Assembly: GCA_051362555.1 (NCBI GenBank)
Contig: CM120642.1
Span: 13,764,001 to 13,828,000 of the forward strand
Origin: Lingula anatina
Taxonomy: Eukaryota > Animalia > Brachiopoda
Reading direction: 5' to 3'
Length of the DNA stretch: 64,000 nucleotides
Part shown: in pieces, positions 27,462-39,235 of the stretch
Numbering within the stretch: the first letter of the stretch is position 1
Layout of the letters: every line of letters starts with the position of its first letter
The notes under the pieces: generated by a model
Database searches by the model: none
What the model saw: the letters and a program-made list of their open reading frames with translations, nothing else
Told to the model about the DNA's origin: nothing
Program-made: the position numbers and the translations under genes

Positions 27462-27601
27462 GAGGACACAGAAGTTTATTTCCTAGGAATTTTCTGCGTA
27501 GAAGCATTTCTCAAAATTATAGCATTAGGATTTATCTTACATAAAGGTTCTTATCTACGGAACGTATGGAATATATTAGACTTCGTAGTGGTAGTAACGG
27601 G
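27462..27601 (+). CDS. cac: Cav2 exon 3 (IS2-IS3: [47 protein letters not shown])
   Basis: ttttacag| acceptor, GG|gtaagt donor, 140 nt, phase 0 to 2. Confidence 0.96.
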
Positions 27602-28834
27602 GTAAGTACATGTTTTTGTACATAACATCTGTGTTACTTATGTTAACAATTACATATATAGGCCTACGGCACAGGGGGATCAAATCATGTGTAAACAAGG
27701 AGTTGTAACTCCTTGATCAAAACCATCATCTGGTGTTTTAACATCTTCTGGTGTTTAAAAAAACGGCATTTTAATGATAATTTCGAATTTATTCTCTTAA
27801 ATCCAACCAATTATCGTTACTATTCTTGCTGGTAATTGTGAAATTTTAGATATTAGGATTTTTTTTCAATCAAGATGATAAGAATGGTTGGGGCGGGGTT
27901 GTTTGATTGGAGGAAAGAAAGTTGTAAAACTTAACACCAATCAAAATTGAGAATGCATGCGCATATGGGGCTAAACCAATTAGGGACAATTTCATGTTGA
28001 AATTGGGTCAAAGAACCGAGGGAAATTCAAGCGTGGGAAAGGAGAAAGAGAGGCAATAACATTGAATGTTTTGCGATTTCTTATCATTAAAAAGAAATTG
28101 TTACTGTTATCGCTTTGTAATGTCGACACCAGATGATGGTATCAAGATGCAAATACTAGGAGGAAGCAACATTAAGTTTAGAATGAAGGTAAAGCGATTG
28201 CGAAGCTAACGTTTATTTTGATTTGCATTAACTTTCACGTACTAGTAGTACACTGATGGTTATTTTGTCGATTTCACGTAAGATACACTGTGATAATCCT
28301 GTAATGTTTCCACCTGTATTTTCAGTCTTTGTTTAACTAGATTTTTGCATAAAAATAGTTCAGTCGAAATCAGATGTACTTAACCGATATTAGGGCAATA
28401 TATTAGCGAGTCCTATCGAAATTAGTAATAATATTACGCCTTTAATTGCATCAACTTATTTCTCGCTGTTTTGTGTCTCACCGTGGACCCATGATCATCA
28501 CGTAAAATGGACACAAGGCTATAAATATAACAATTTTTAATATAAGTTGTAATAATATTTTTGAGAAGTGTAACATGGCTTCAATTTTTTTCAGGTGCGT
28601 CGAAAAATGTTGCTGAATTTTAGCACTGCTGAATTAATTAATATCCCTAAAAGCCTTTTGTGGACACAGGCAAATATTATTTAAACCTTTTTTAGTCTTT
28701 GTTCTTTTTAATTTTCTTTAATTTTTTTTTATTTCAGGCAGCAGGACACTGAAAAGAATTATAATCACTGTTTAATATGCCACCTATAAATACCTTCACA
28801 TATGCTTATTGGTATATATGCATTATTTCTACAG

Positions 28835-28926
28835 GCTCCTTTCCATAGTTTCACCACATTTTGATCAACCTGCATTTAGAGCTCTAAGGGTTCTTCGCCC
28901 TTTAAAATTAGTTACAGGGTTTGAGA
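28835..28926 (+). CDS. cac: Cav2 alternative exon 4a (IS3-S4: [31 protein letters not shown])
   Basis: tttctacag| acceptor, A|gtaagt donor, 92 nt, phase 2 to 1, open frame, S4 RxxRxxRxxK motif. Confidence 0.88.
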
Positions 28927-29224
28927 GTAAGTCAGTTTAGATCACCCTGCATTAGCAGAAAGAACAGTTCAGTCAGTGTCTCTTTGTTAGCAAATCTGAC
29001 TTGGTGTGAATTTCCTAAATGTTTCTAGATAGATTGAGTGTAGATTCTGAATTAACATGGATATACTTCTCATGCATTTCAGTAGTCTAAGTTTATTTTG
29101 ATTTAAAATCACCACCACCCCTTAAAAAAAATCTCTGGCTGTATCTAGCCTAACTTAGCTTTGATTTAAAATCTTAGTGTCAAGATTCTAAAAATGCAAA
29201 AAAAAAAAAAAATAAAATAAAATA

Positions 29225-29274
<50 letters not shown>
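29225..29274. repeat. (AAT)n microsatellite
   Basis: Direct reading. Confidence 0.9.
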
Positions 29275-29275
<1 letters not shown>

Positions 29276-29572
29276 GAAATAAATAGAAATAATAAAAAAA
29301 TAATAAAAAAAAACAGGTAAGTCTGTTTCAGGCAGCTTTTCTTCTCAGATTTCCATAGTATAAGGGACTATGGGGTTATGCTACTCCAAGGTAGGGTACT
29401 ATTCTGTTTCAGGTTATTTACCAACACTTGGTGTTGGGATATGATTTTTCTTTGCATGCACAGTTTACTGTGTCTGATCTGATTGCATTGATGCTGTAAC
29501 CGTTTGGGGGTTTAGCAAATAACACAGACTGGTTGAAGACATTTGTGCTTGAACTGATAACGTGTGCCAATT

Positions 29573-29691
29573 GTCTAGCATCACTTACCCAAGGCTTCAG
29601 ATCAGACCAGATGCTACAAGTCTAGCATCACTTACCCCAGGCTTCAGATTTTATCTCACAATCCAAGATCACTTACCCTAGGCTTCAGATC
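29573..29691 (+). repeat. Three copies of ATCACTTACCCNAGGCTTCAGAT
   Basis: Direct repeats with ~48-nt and ~41-nt spacing in the intron between exons 4a and 4b. Confidence 0.8.
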
Positions 29692-31503
29692 ACATGTATT
29701 CATGTGAAATTTATACACAAAATACACTTTCAAATTGCCATATGAGCACACTTATATTGATGGTCTGTGACTTTAGCTAGTGGAATTGTTTTAAGTCTAT
29801 AATACCTATCAAAACTAAATTTTGTGCCTACATCAAAGACATGATGTAGTCGATGACCCGTCGATGACCATAACTGAAGCTGTCCCTTAGGTCACAAATG
29901 TGGCTACCATCACTCATCATGACACTGAAACAATGACAGGACTTGGGTAAAAGAAAACAGCCATTTTTTAAACCTTCATTCTGGCTTCAAAGCTATTAAA
30001 CAGTACAAGTATTTATTGAAAATAAAGATTTGATTTTTTGAAATATTAGCCAGTGCTTTTTACCAAGTTTTCTAGCTGTGAAACTTTTTTTTTTCAATTC
30101 CATTGAAAAACAACTCTCATTGCCAACAGTGACTGACAGAAATATGAGCAAGTGGAAACCCTGAATTAATATTAGATAACTGACACCTGGTAATGCCTAT
30201 ATTCCTCTTTCTATCTCTGAAATGAAAGGCATTCAAAGCCATCTGCTCTATTGGTTTTGTATTAATCTTCTTCTTTACCAGCCTCATATTTGTCTATGTT
30301 GTAAAATGACATTATTGGAAACTGAATCTACACAACATTGTATTGATGCCTTCAGACAGAACCAAGAGCCATAATGAGATGGTCGAAAAAAAGGAGGACA
30401 GTTCTGTTAGTTCACTCCTATTAGTATTAGGAAATGATAAAGGATTTTGCACTCCAGTAGGAAATTGTGTATTGATTTTTGAATAGTGAGGAGAGGTCCC
30501 TTTGGCTCGTAAAGAATGGTTGTTGAGGGCGTAAGGACATGGGCATTTTTCATCTAGGCAACAAGTCCATCTTAAACAGTTTGTGTTCAATAAGTCTGAT
30601 ATGTCTTCAGGATTAAATTGCACTCTTCAATACAGCTTTATATTAATTGCACCAGTATTGGAGAATTAATTTCAATGCTAAGTGCATTTTTCACCACTGG
30701 GTTAATAACAGGCTTGCTGTCGTAACTTAATGATGGACTACATCAAACAATAAGCAGTCACGCATTTTTTTTTTTTGTGCTGTAAAATGTAAAAACACAA
30801 GGTTAGTGAAAATATGTGTTCATGCATAGAAAAATGGAGTTTTACAATTATTAGGAAATTCATTATGGAAGAGAAGTTAGCAGATATGAAATCATTAATT
30901 CATGTGTAGCATCTAAAGAATTGTTGTTGATGAATCGGTGCAGAATGCATCGTGATGCCCCTTTTATAATGTTGCTTTTTTTTCCAGTTGGTTTTGTGTT
31001 TAGAACATTATGAGCTAATCTGAGTTTCAGAGTCAACTGAGATTTCATTATTATTATATGCACATGCCTGTGCCAATTCCATACACTGAACAGTAATGGA
31101 CTGGCACATGCACATGTATGTTACATGTATAACACCTATACTCTGAAGCTCAGGGTTATAATGACCACTGTATGCCCCAAATTCCAAACTGATCTTAATT
31201 TCATTTTGTTTCTATAGGGTGTGATTTATAGCCGTGCTGTGTTGAAAGTTTTGTCTAGATGCTAGAGCTGAATTTCGATGTTTGGTCCCTTATATTGATA
31301 GCTTTTGAAGAACCCTTTATGTTCTAGGTCCAGTAGATGAGTAAATGTCTACTAGAGAGTTGTCATAACACTTGTCATCTATGTTAAACTTTTCAGAATT
31401 GTGTAAGATATGCTCCACTTTGTGATATCATGTGACCATGCTTCTTGTCTTGTAGACTACTGCCACCTGTTGTTTAGCTTCCTCATCTTTTCTAACCCCG
31501 TAG

Positions 31504-31613
31504 GTTTGTTACCCTCTTTATGGAGGGAGGGAGTGCAGACACAGGTTTCGACTTAAAAACCCTCAGAGCTGTCAGAGTTCTTCGGCCTCTGAAGCTGGTC
31601 TCAGGAATTCCAA
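31504..31613 (+). CDS. cac: Cav2 alternative exon 4b (IS3-S4: [37 protein letters not shown])
   Basis: ctaaccccgtag| acceptor, A|gtatgt donor, 110 nt, phase 2 to 1, canonical Cav2 IS4. Confidence 0.94.
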
Positions 31614-32205
31614 GTATGTTGTTTCTAGTTATTAATTGATGTGACTGTATTCTATAAAGAAGGTGTAAAAGATTCCACTTTTTAAAAGAAATAAATTGGT
31701 TGCTGTCTATAAACATAAACAAATCAAGCATCTCCCCATGTAATAACCCATGCATTACATCACTGATATTGATAATTTTGTTTTGTGGACATTCTTTAAC
31801 ATGCAAGTTGTTTTTCGCATCAACTGAGGGGGGAGGGTATTGGCTAATTTCATTACAGAAACCTGGGTTGTGGTACAATTACTTTACCATTTTTACTTTC
31901 AGCAATTTAATGAATCCAAGAATTAACTAGAACTGGACTTCATTTGTTTATCAAAAGAGATTTCACAATTAAACAAATAAAATAACAAATGGTTTGTCCA
32001 AAAAAGCAAAAAGCACTAGAATAATTAGCGTCACTATGTAATCCAAGTCATTTTATTACAAAAAGTTTCTTATGTCAATAACACATTTAAAAAAAAATTA
32101 CAAAAAAATGATTTTATTATGACTGACAACAGTATTCTTTATCCTTTTAATGATAATTTAATTGTAACCCTATGCATGTCAAAATATTATATGTTACCAT
32201 TTCAG

Positions 32206-32355
32206 GTCTTCAGGTCGTGCTAAAGTCCATCCTATGTGCTATGGCCCCACTGTTGCAAATTGGTGTCCTAGTGTTATTTGCTATCATCATGTTTGCTATC
32301 ATTGGGCTTGAGTTTTACAGCGGGGCCTTCCATAATACGTGCTACATGATAGACA
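32206..32355 (+). CDS. cac: Cav2 exon 5 (IS5: [49 protein letters not shown])
   Basis: tttcag| acceptor, A|gtaagt donor, 150 nt, phase 1 to 1. Confidence 0.95.
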
Positions 32356-32678
32356 GTAAGTATGAAGCCTCTTTCACTGGCCAACATCTGTAGGATATTG
32401 TCAACTTGGCAATTCCTTCCAAACAAAGGGGTGCATGTAAGTTATTCACCAAAGACTAAATATACGTGTATATATATGTATTTACTTGTTAGTTCTATAA
32501 CTTCAAATGACCATGGCATTATTGTTAAAAATCTCAATTTTTTAAAAACATGTCTTCACAGTTATCAGTAGTGCTCCAAAAGATATATAACAACTAACTT
32601 ATAATATGCATCTTCAAGAAAACTGCCGTCATCATCATGGGAAACAACTGCATCAATTTTGAATAATTCTCTTTCCAG

Positions 32679-32920
32679 CCAACATTATTGACACAATGGG
32701 AGAGTCTAGTCCAAGGCCGTGTGCTGTGAACCTTCCGAAAAGCAATGGGGAGAAACCTGATCCTTCTTCTGGGCTTTCCTGTAGACATAATGTATCCCGT
32801 TGTAAGCCATACTGGGAAGGACCCAACTATGGCATTACCAGTTTTGACAACATTCTTTACGCCATGTTAACAGTATTTCAGTGTATCACTATGGAGGGAT
32901 GGACAGACGTCTTGTATTTT
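32679..32920 (+). CDS. cac: Cav2 exon 6 (domain I turret and pore: ...[36 protein letters not shown])
   Basis: ctttccag| acceptor, TTT|gtgagt donor, 242 nt; selectivity-filter Glu in TMEGW. Confidence 0.96.
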
Positions 32921-33326
32921 GTGAGTATTCCTCAAGGTTAACTTTGATCAGCTTTTTGCTTTGTTTCATGGAGCAATTGTAGTAAAGCAGTATTTAAAAT
33001 ACTCTGCGTTAACAAGCAAACCTGGTGCATGCAGTTTGTTACAAAAACTCTTGATTGGTAGGACCAGTTGGACATAGTAGAGCGTATCTAGAATTGACAG
33101 CAAAATGGCTAGAGTTGCCACTTCTGCACTTACAACGACCATCCTCCACAAACTTGTTAGGCCACTTGTCACTTTTTTACTTTGAAGATATATAATGTCA
33201 TTACATTAACATGATGTAACAAGGGATGAAGGATTGAAGGACAGAAATGTGATTTTCACATATGTGAATTGCAGTTCATTGTATTTAACTGTTTATTGTA
33301 TTAAATTTCTTTACTTTACTTTCCAG

Positions 33327-33430
33327 ACCAATGATGCAATGGGCAGCCTCTTCAACTGGATGTACTTTTTTTCACTCATCATTCTCGGCTCTTTCTTTAT
33401 GCTCAATTTGGTGCTTGGTGTGCTAAGTGG
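33327..33430 (+). CDS. cac: Cav2 exon 7 (IS6: [35 protein letters not shown])
   Basis: ttccag| acceptor, GG|gtaagt donor, 104 nt. Confidence 0.96.
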
Positions 33431-33927
33431 GTAAGTACGTCAAAGTGTAAGAGTAAATCATTACTATATGATTCAAAAACATGAAAAAATAAGTTCATTT
33501 GTATCACCAGCGTGTACGCTGGCGGTACTCATGGTTTTAGTCCCCGACCTGTCTTGTACGGCTCCAAAGACATATCAGGGTGGCCTGGGCTACAAGTCAC
33601 CGTTATTGCTTCTCCATATAGACCGCAAGGACCTGTGTCCCCATCTCTTGGATTTAGGTCACACATTATCTCTACTTGAACCCCCTGGTTTTTTTGTCTC
33701 AGTCGGTGCATTGGCCTGGGCGTGACGCTCATTGAAATGCACCGTTGTCAAAATTTTTGAAAATTCAATGCTATTAAATATCTCCCAAACCGAAGGAATT
33801 ATGGGAAAAATTACTATAGAAGTTTGACAGAAAGTCATGTGAAGATACCAAATGTGCCCTTGGATTTGACCTTTTTTTTCAAGGTCAAATGGGCCAAAAT
33901 TTTGTAAAAGTGTGAATTTTCTGAAAA

Positions 33928-33980
<53 letters not shown>

Positions 33981-34562
33981 TTGTTTGTGCCGAGGTCATC
34001 TTTCATCTCCGTGAGTTTGGGGTCAATCGGTGCATTTTCATAGGAGAAGCGGCCATTAGATGCTGAAACTGAAAAGTCTCTCTAATTCTGGAACCATTAA
34101 TGCTAGAGACCTCTTGTTTTTTGCATTTGATAGTGTTTGTCAAGCCCAACACTGGGGGTTGTGTCTGTTTTTTTTTCCCATGTGGTTTACAAGTTATGCT
34201 GTATCAAAAAGTACATTGTTGTGGTGAAAACAAAATGTGCAATATGATTATATGCATGTAATTTCGAACATCTGGAAAAGATAACATAAGGCTTATTGAG
34301 GCAGACAACTTCTGGTCAAAAATGACATTATTGTATGAAATTTGAACATCTGGAATTCCGATAAAGAAGTCTCCAAGTTAAAGATTATTTCTGATGGAAG
34401 ATTTTGAATAAAAAAGAAAATAAAGTATATATACTGTATATATATATACTAAGTTGTTTTGAGCTTAACTGCATGTTGATACAAAGCCTAAATGTTCAAA
34501 ATTGCAGATTTTTGCTAAACCATTATACAGAGTGATTAAAAATATTGCTTTTATCCCTCCAG

Positions 34563-34678
34563 AGAGTTTGCTAGAGAGAGGGAGAGGGTAGAAAACCGCC
34601 GTGCTTTCTTAAAACTTCGGAAACAGCAGCAAATACAGAGGACCTTAAATGGTTACCTTGAGTGGATATGCAAAGCAG
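34563..34678 (+). CDS. cac: Cav2 exon 8 (AID: [38 protein letters not shown])
   Basis: ccctccag| acceptor, G|gtaaag donor, 116 nt; AID core LxGYxxWI. Confidence 0.95.
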
Positions 34679-35008
34679 GTAAAGTAAAAGTGTAATGGAT
34701 TGACATTTGAACCAATGAATGCCATGAAAAAATCATTTCTGGAAGAGTGCAAATCTCATAATTAGTAGATAGCCATATTTCACAGGGACTGTTTCTACTA
34801 TAGTTAGTATTTCAGAAGCACTGTTCTGGTAATTGATATCTACAGAAATCAAAATCCATTTCAGTTTCAAGTCTTTCTTGTATTGCTTTTTCATAAAAGG
34901 AAAAGTTTTCACACACATAGTCTTCAATAGTTGCTGGGGTTTCTCCATCCCTTCCATTGTCATTGATTATGGTCTTAAAACTAAACCAAGAATGTGTTTA
35001 AATTTCAG

Positions 35009-35068
35009 AGGAAGTGATTCTCAATGAGGATAAAACGACAGATGAAGAGAAAATGAAAATCATAGAAG
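35009..35068 (+). CDS. cac: Cav2 exon 9 (I-II linker: EEVILNEDKTTDEEKMKIIE)
   Basis: tttcag| acceptor, G|gtaaac donor, 60 nt, phase 1 to 1; continues the KAEEVIL motif. Confidence 0.92.
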
Positions 35069-36047
35069 GTAAACAGAGTAAAGGTATTGATGCTGCATGA
35101 TTTCCTATGCTTGCTTCTACTTCTAGTTTGTGTGCACTAAATATCATCACTGAAGATCTATGGTTTCCAAGAATGCAGATAATCACTAAGCATGATTCGA
35201 TGGAAGGCTGAGGATTATAGTGTGGAAAATAGATCATAGACTACAACCGGATTGTGTAGTTTCGTTGTCTATAATATAGTGGAATTGATGTATTGAACGA
35301 CAAAAAAATACATGGTTGTCACAAGGAATTAAAATTACAGGATGATTGAATAGAGTAAAAGCTGGTTTAAAGCCAGATCAGTGCAGATTCTTGGAAACCA
35401 TACATTCTTTATAGTAATGTGATGTGCAGAGAATCATGTTCAGAGGAGTCTTTGAAGCCAATACAATTCGGAAAATGTTTAGATTGTTCTTACGCCTAAA
35501 AAGTTTTGCTCGTAATTCGGATTGAAGAAATGTCAGTTTTGTGCTTTAACTCCTCCTGAAACAAGATGATGACTGCAATGACCCTATGATTCATAACCAA
35601 TGGAAAAAAATATTATAATAAATATCTGATATATAGAAAGTGTTATAGAAAATTTGGATGATGTTTGCGGAGGGAAAAGGGTGGGCACAGAGAAGCTGAA
35701 AATGCTGCTTGTATTTTAAAACTTAAAAGAATTAAGAATGCACACGTACGTGTTCATTGCAAATGTACATAGAAACCCTGTAGTTACAAGAAGATAATAT
35801 ATATGGAACATCATTGACTGTAAAAGTGTTATTGTTATAGAAAGGTATCAAAGTAAAAAAAAATCTCAGTCATAAAAAGTTTTCAATTAACATACTACAT
35901 TTTTCCTGGCGTAGAAAAATGAGTGAAATCATTTTTAATGTGTGTTACTTAATAAGTCATATTGAAAGGTCAGTTTGATATAAAATGATAACACGCAGAA
36001 GAGCAACCTGGCTTAAGTTGAATAATCATCAAATTTTGTGAGTAATT

Positions 36048-37012
36048 CAGGCCTTCCCAACTACCAGACTCGGCACCTACGGGTCCAGTATAAACCGGTT
36101 TATTAGACCACACTACCCGTTTTCAAGGTGTGTGTCAGATCGCATTACAGAGTATCAGCCACCACACCGATTTTGCCTGGTGCGCGATGTGATAGCAATG
36201 ATCCTAAGCGGGGTTGGAAAGTAGTGCATCTCATCTAGATTCATGCGCTGCTGCAATTTTCTCTGTTTATGCTAAAATCTGACAGTACCGCAATTTTTAA
36301 CATAAAATTTAGGTTCGGACATAGCCAATGATGTTTTGTAAATAAGAACTTGCAAACTTATATATTAATTTAGAAAAGTAGACTTAATTTTGATAGCAGA
36401 AGCATATTCTGTCGGGGGTTAAATTATTTTCATGACTACCGGGATGGACGAGATTGAGGGCAGGGATAATCCTAGAGAGGGGTGAGAAACGTCTATTGTT
36501 CTCGTCAGCGAGGCTGTCCTTTTTCAGGGTTTGTATGCACGGACAGAAAACTTAAGTATTGTGGGAACGTTACTAATGAAGCCACTGGTAGTACTAGTAG
36601 ATATCAGCCTGTAGTCTTGAACAAGCGCCTCGATGACGAGTGAACAGTTGTCAAAAACAAAAGACCCAGGTGTGGTAGTTCAACTACTGTTCATGCGTGC
36701 CGCAACGACCAAACCTAATTGCTCCTCAAGGTGACAAAACAATAACCGGTACTGACGGCTAGGCTCGTCTTAATCATATAAGTAGCGCGTTTCCACCCCC
36801 TGATTGAGGGAGTCGTCTGTTGTATTCATACGACTCCTACTTGACGAAAACGAGGCGCGATACCCGGATGACAGGTAGGCTTACAGAATTTGTGATAGGG
36901 TATGATACTCTTTTATGCGATCTGACACACACCTTGAAAACGGGTAGTGTGGTCAGATATACCGGTTTATTCTGGACCCGTAGGTGCCGAGTCTGGTAGT
37001 TGGGAAGGCCTG
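36048..37012. mobile_element. 965-bp non-autonomous DNA transposon with ~110-bp TIRs and 5-bp TSD (TAATT)
   Basis: 36048-36157 is a near-perfect reverse complement of 36903-37012; termini CAGG...CCTG; TAATT on both flanks; no long ORF. Confidence 0.9.
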
Positions 37013-39124
37013 TAATTGTTGGGCTGGCTTTAAACTTTCAAGAGTTTTAGGTTGCTTGTTGTGCATAGACACTATCAAGGATTGGGACCAGTAAGGTTTT
37101 TTTTAACTGTTTATAGAAATCCTGGAGTGTTCTAACTACTTGCTTTGAGTCTGTCACTATAGTTTTGCTTCATAGATGTGTACTGTTCTACCCTGAATAT
37201 ACTTATACCCACGTGCAGCATCAAATATTTTGGTTTTATCATCTTTTGATTTAGTTATAATTCCATTTCACTTTTTCAATGAGTATTTCTCAACCCTGGA
37301 TGGCTTGCATTGTGTGACCTATACTAATAAAATAATTTGTGATACTTAAGCCATGAAATATTTTATTCACGAGCAACTATTCATGCAATTGCCTGTAGTC
37401 ATGCTTATTCTAAAACAATAACAAATTTAGACTGAATGAATGTGCACTTATCATGCTTTTATTTTTCACTTTTGGAAAGGGACAAGTTTTTTACATTTGT
37501 AGTGCTCTAATTGTGTCTCAAAAATGACTTAAACAGTTTTTTCACATAAACACATGTTTGAGTAGAAAAACAAATGAAAATGGCACAAGAAATCCTGATT
37601 TGCATATTGCTGAATTTTTTGGATAGTGATCTTGAAAACATTGCATCATGGGTAAGATACACTTTATAAAACCAAAGTTAAACTGGATTGATATGCCCTA
37701 ATACTCAAGTATATTTCATTTGTCTCCCATTAAAAGATCCTTGCCTTCATCTACAATGCATTCTTCTCATGAAAATACCCATCATGAAACTTGCTTCTGC
37801 ATGAATGATCTGCAAACATGATGCATTTCTACTGAATGTGATTACTTTCATGACATATAGTAATTCGAGGCAATATTGTGGTCACCATGAGTAGCACGTA
37901 AACCCACATTGTCTTTCCTAAATCAGCTGATAGTACTGTATGTAATACTGATATTTCTATGCTGTATAAAGGGGGTCTGTGTCTGAGAGTTTTGCTTGTA
38001 ATATATGTGTTATAATTGTACTTTTTTACAGATCTTATATATATATAAACTCAGTTAACATCGTTGCCCGTAATGTGTCATACTGAGACAGATATACAAA
38101 CAACTCTGAATTGTTGTGTATATATATTCTTCGTGTAGAGTGCAAATTCTACCTCTTATAACCCACCCCTAAATGTGCCTGTTTGTACCTATATAGAGAT
38201 TGTATACCAGAGTGATGTCTTCCTCTTCTTAAATTGATTTGAAGTAGTTTCCTGTTCACCCATAGAAGATAATTTACTGGCATGCCACAGATATATTGTA
38301 TGCGTGCATTTATGCGTGCACATATATACACACAAAGATGAAATAATGCCATGTTTTTTAGATATTATGTGCATACACACATGCGTGCGTGCATGCAAAT
38401 ACACACACCATACTGGCAAATGATAGACCTAATACATAACTTAAGTTTCAAATTGTCTCATGTAAAAACAAATTCACATTTAAGCCCTAGAAGCAGTTCC
38501 TAAATAAGCACCTTGCTCATTGTCTCCTTGCTGCTTTTTGCAATTTATTTTTTGCGAACAATAATTTCACATTTTCCTAAAATAAGTGCATCATCTTCAA
38601 AGTAATTTTTTTATAAAAAAATTTTATGCAGTCAATACACATTCCCAGGTTTTTTCCCTCTGGACAGCTTTAATTATGGAAAAGTTTGATTTTGCGTGCT
38701 CCATGAAATCATGGATTTTGGGAGTCACAACATAAATAAGTTATTTCTAGTATTTCTGTATGCTACAGGCAAGGATTATATGAATGCACTGCCTTCAGTC
38801 AAGCCCCTTTTTACTTCATTTCTCACTGAACATGAGAGAGGGCCATTTGTAACATAATGGATGATACCCATGACAAATAGCTTATCTCCACACCATTGTA
38901 TTATGACATTTTCCATTTTACCACCAAGGCTTAGATTTAACACTTCAGATGAAATTAGTTATTTTTAAGAATGTTTTCTGTTCTAATATGGTAATATATT
39001 CCATGTTTTCTGGGTTTTTGTTACTGGAATTTAACTAAGGATAAAGTTTGCTCTCTTATAGTACTAAATGCTTTTTGCTCAGTATTGTCCCATTAGTTCA
39101 ACTTGTGTCAACTTTTTTCTCCAG

Positions 39125-39235
39125 CAAGAAGAAGAGCAGCTTCAAAGAAGATGAAGAATATTAAAAGTGGAAAAGAGGTTGACCCAGATGCTGATTCTGA
39201 GAATGAAGATGATTTATTTAATGATATCAATATGG
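39125..39235 (+). CDS. cac: Cav2 exon 10 (I-II linker: ARRRAASKKMKNIKSGKEVDPDADSENEDDLFNDINM)
   Basis: ttttttctccag| acceptor, G|gtaagt donor, 111 nt, phase 1 to 1, ARRRAA motif. Confidence 0.9.

Noticed and set aside
29573-29691. CRISPR-like repeat-spacer appearance
   Set aside because: Eukaryotic intron, only three imperfect copies with irregular spacers, and no cas genes.
31492-31878. 128-aa minus-strand ORF
   Set aside because: Antisense shadow of exon 4b plus intron; not an independent gene.
33500-34060. GC-richer block with ORFs 33468-33725 and 33659-34006 as a possible alternative AID exon
   Set aside because: No AID-like translation in any frame; looks like a degenerate interspersed repeat (TTGACC...GGTCAA motifs).
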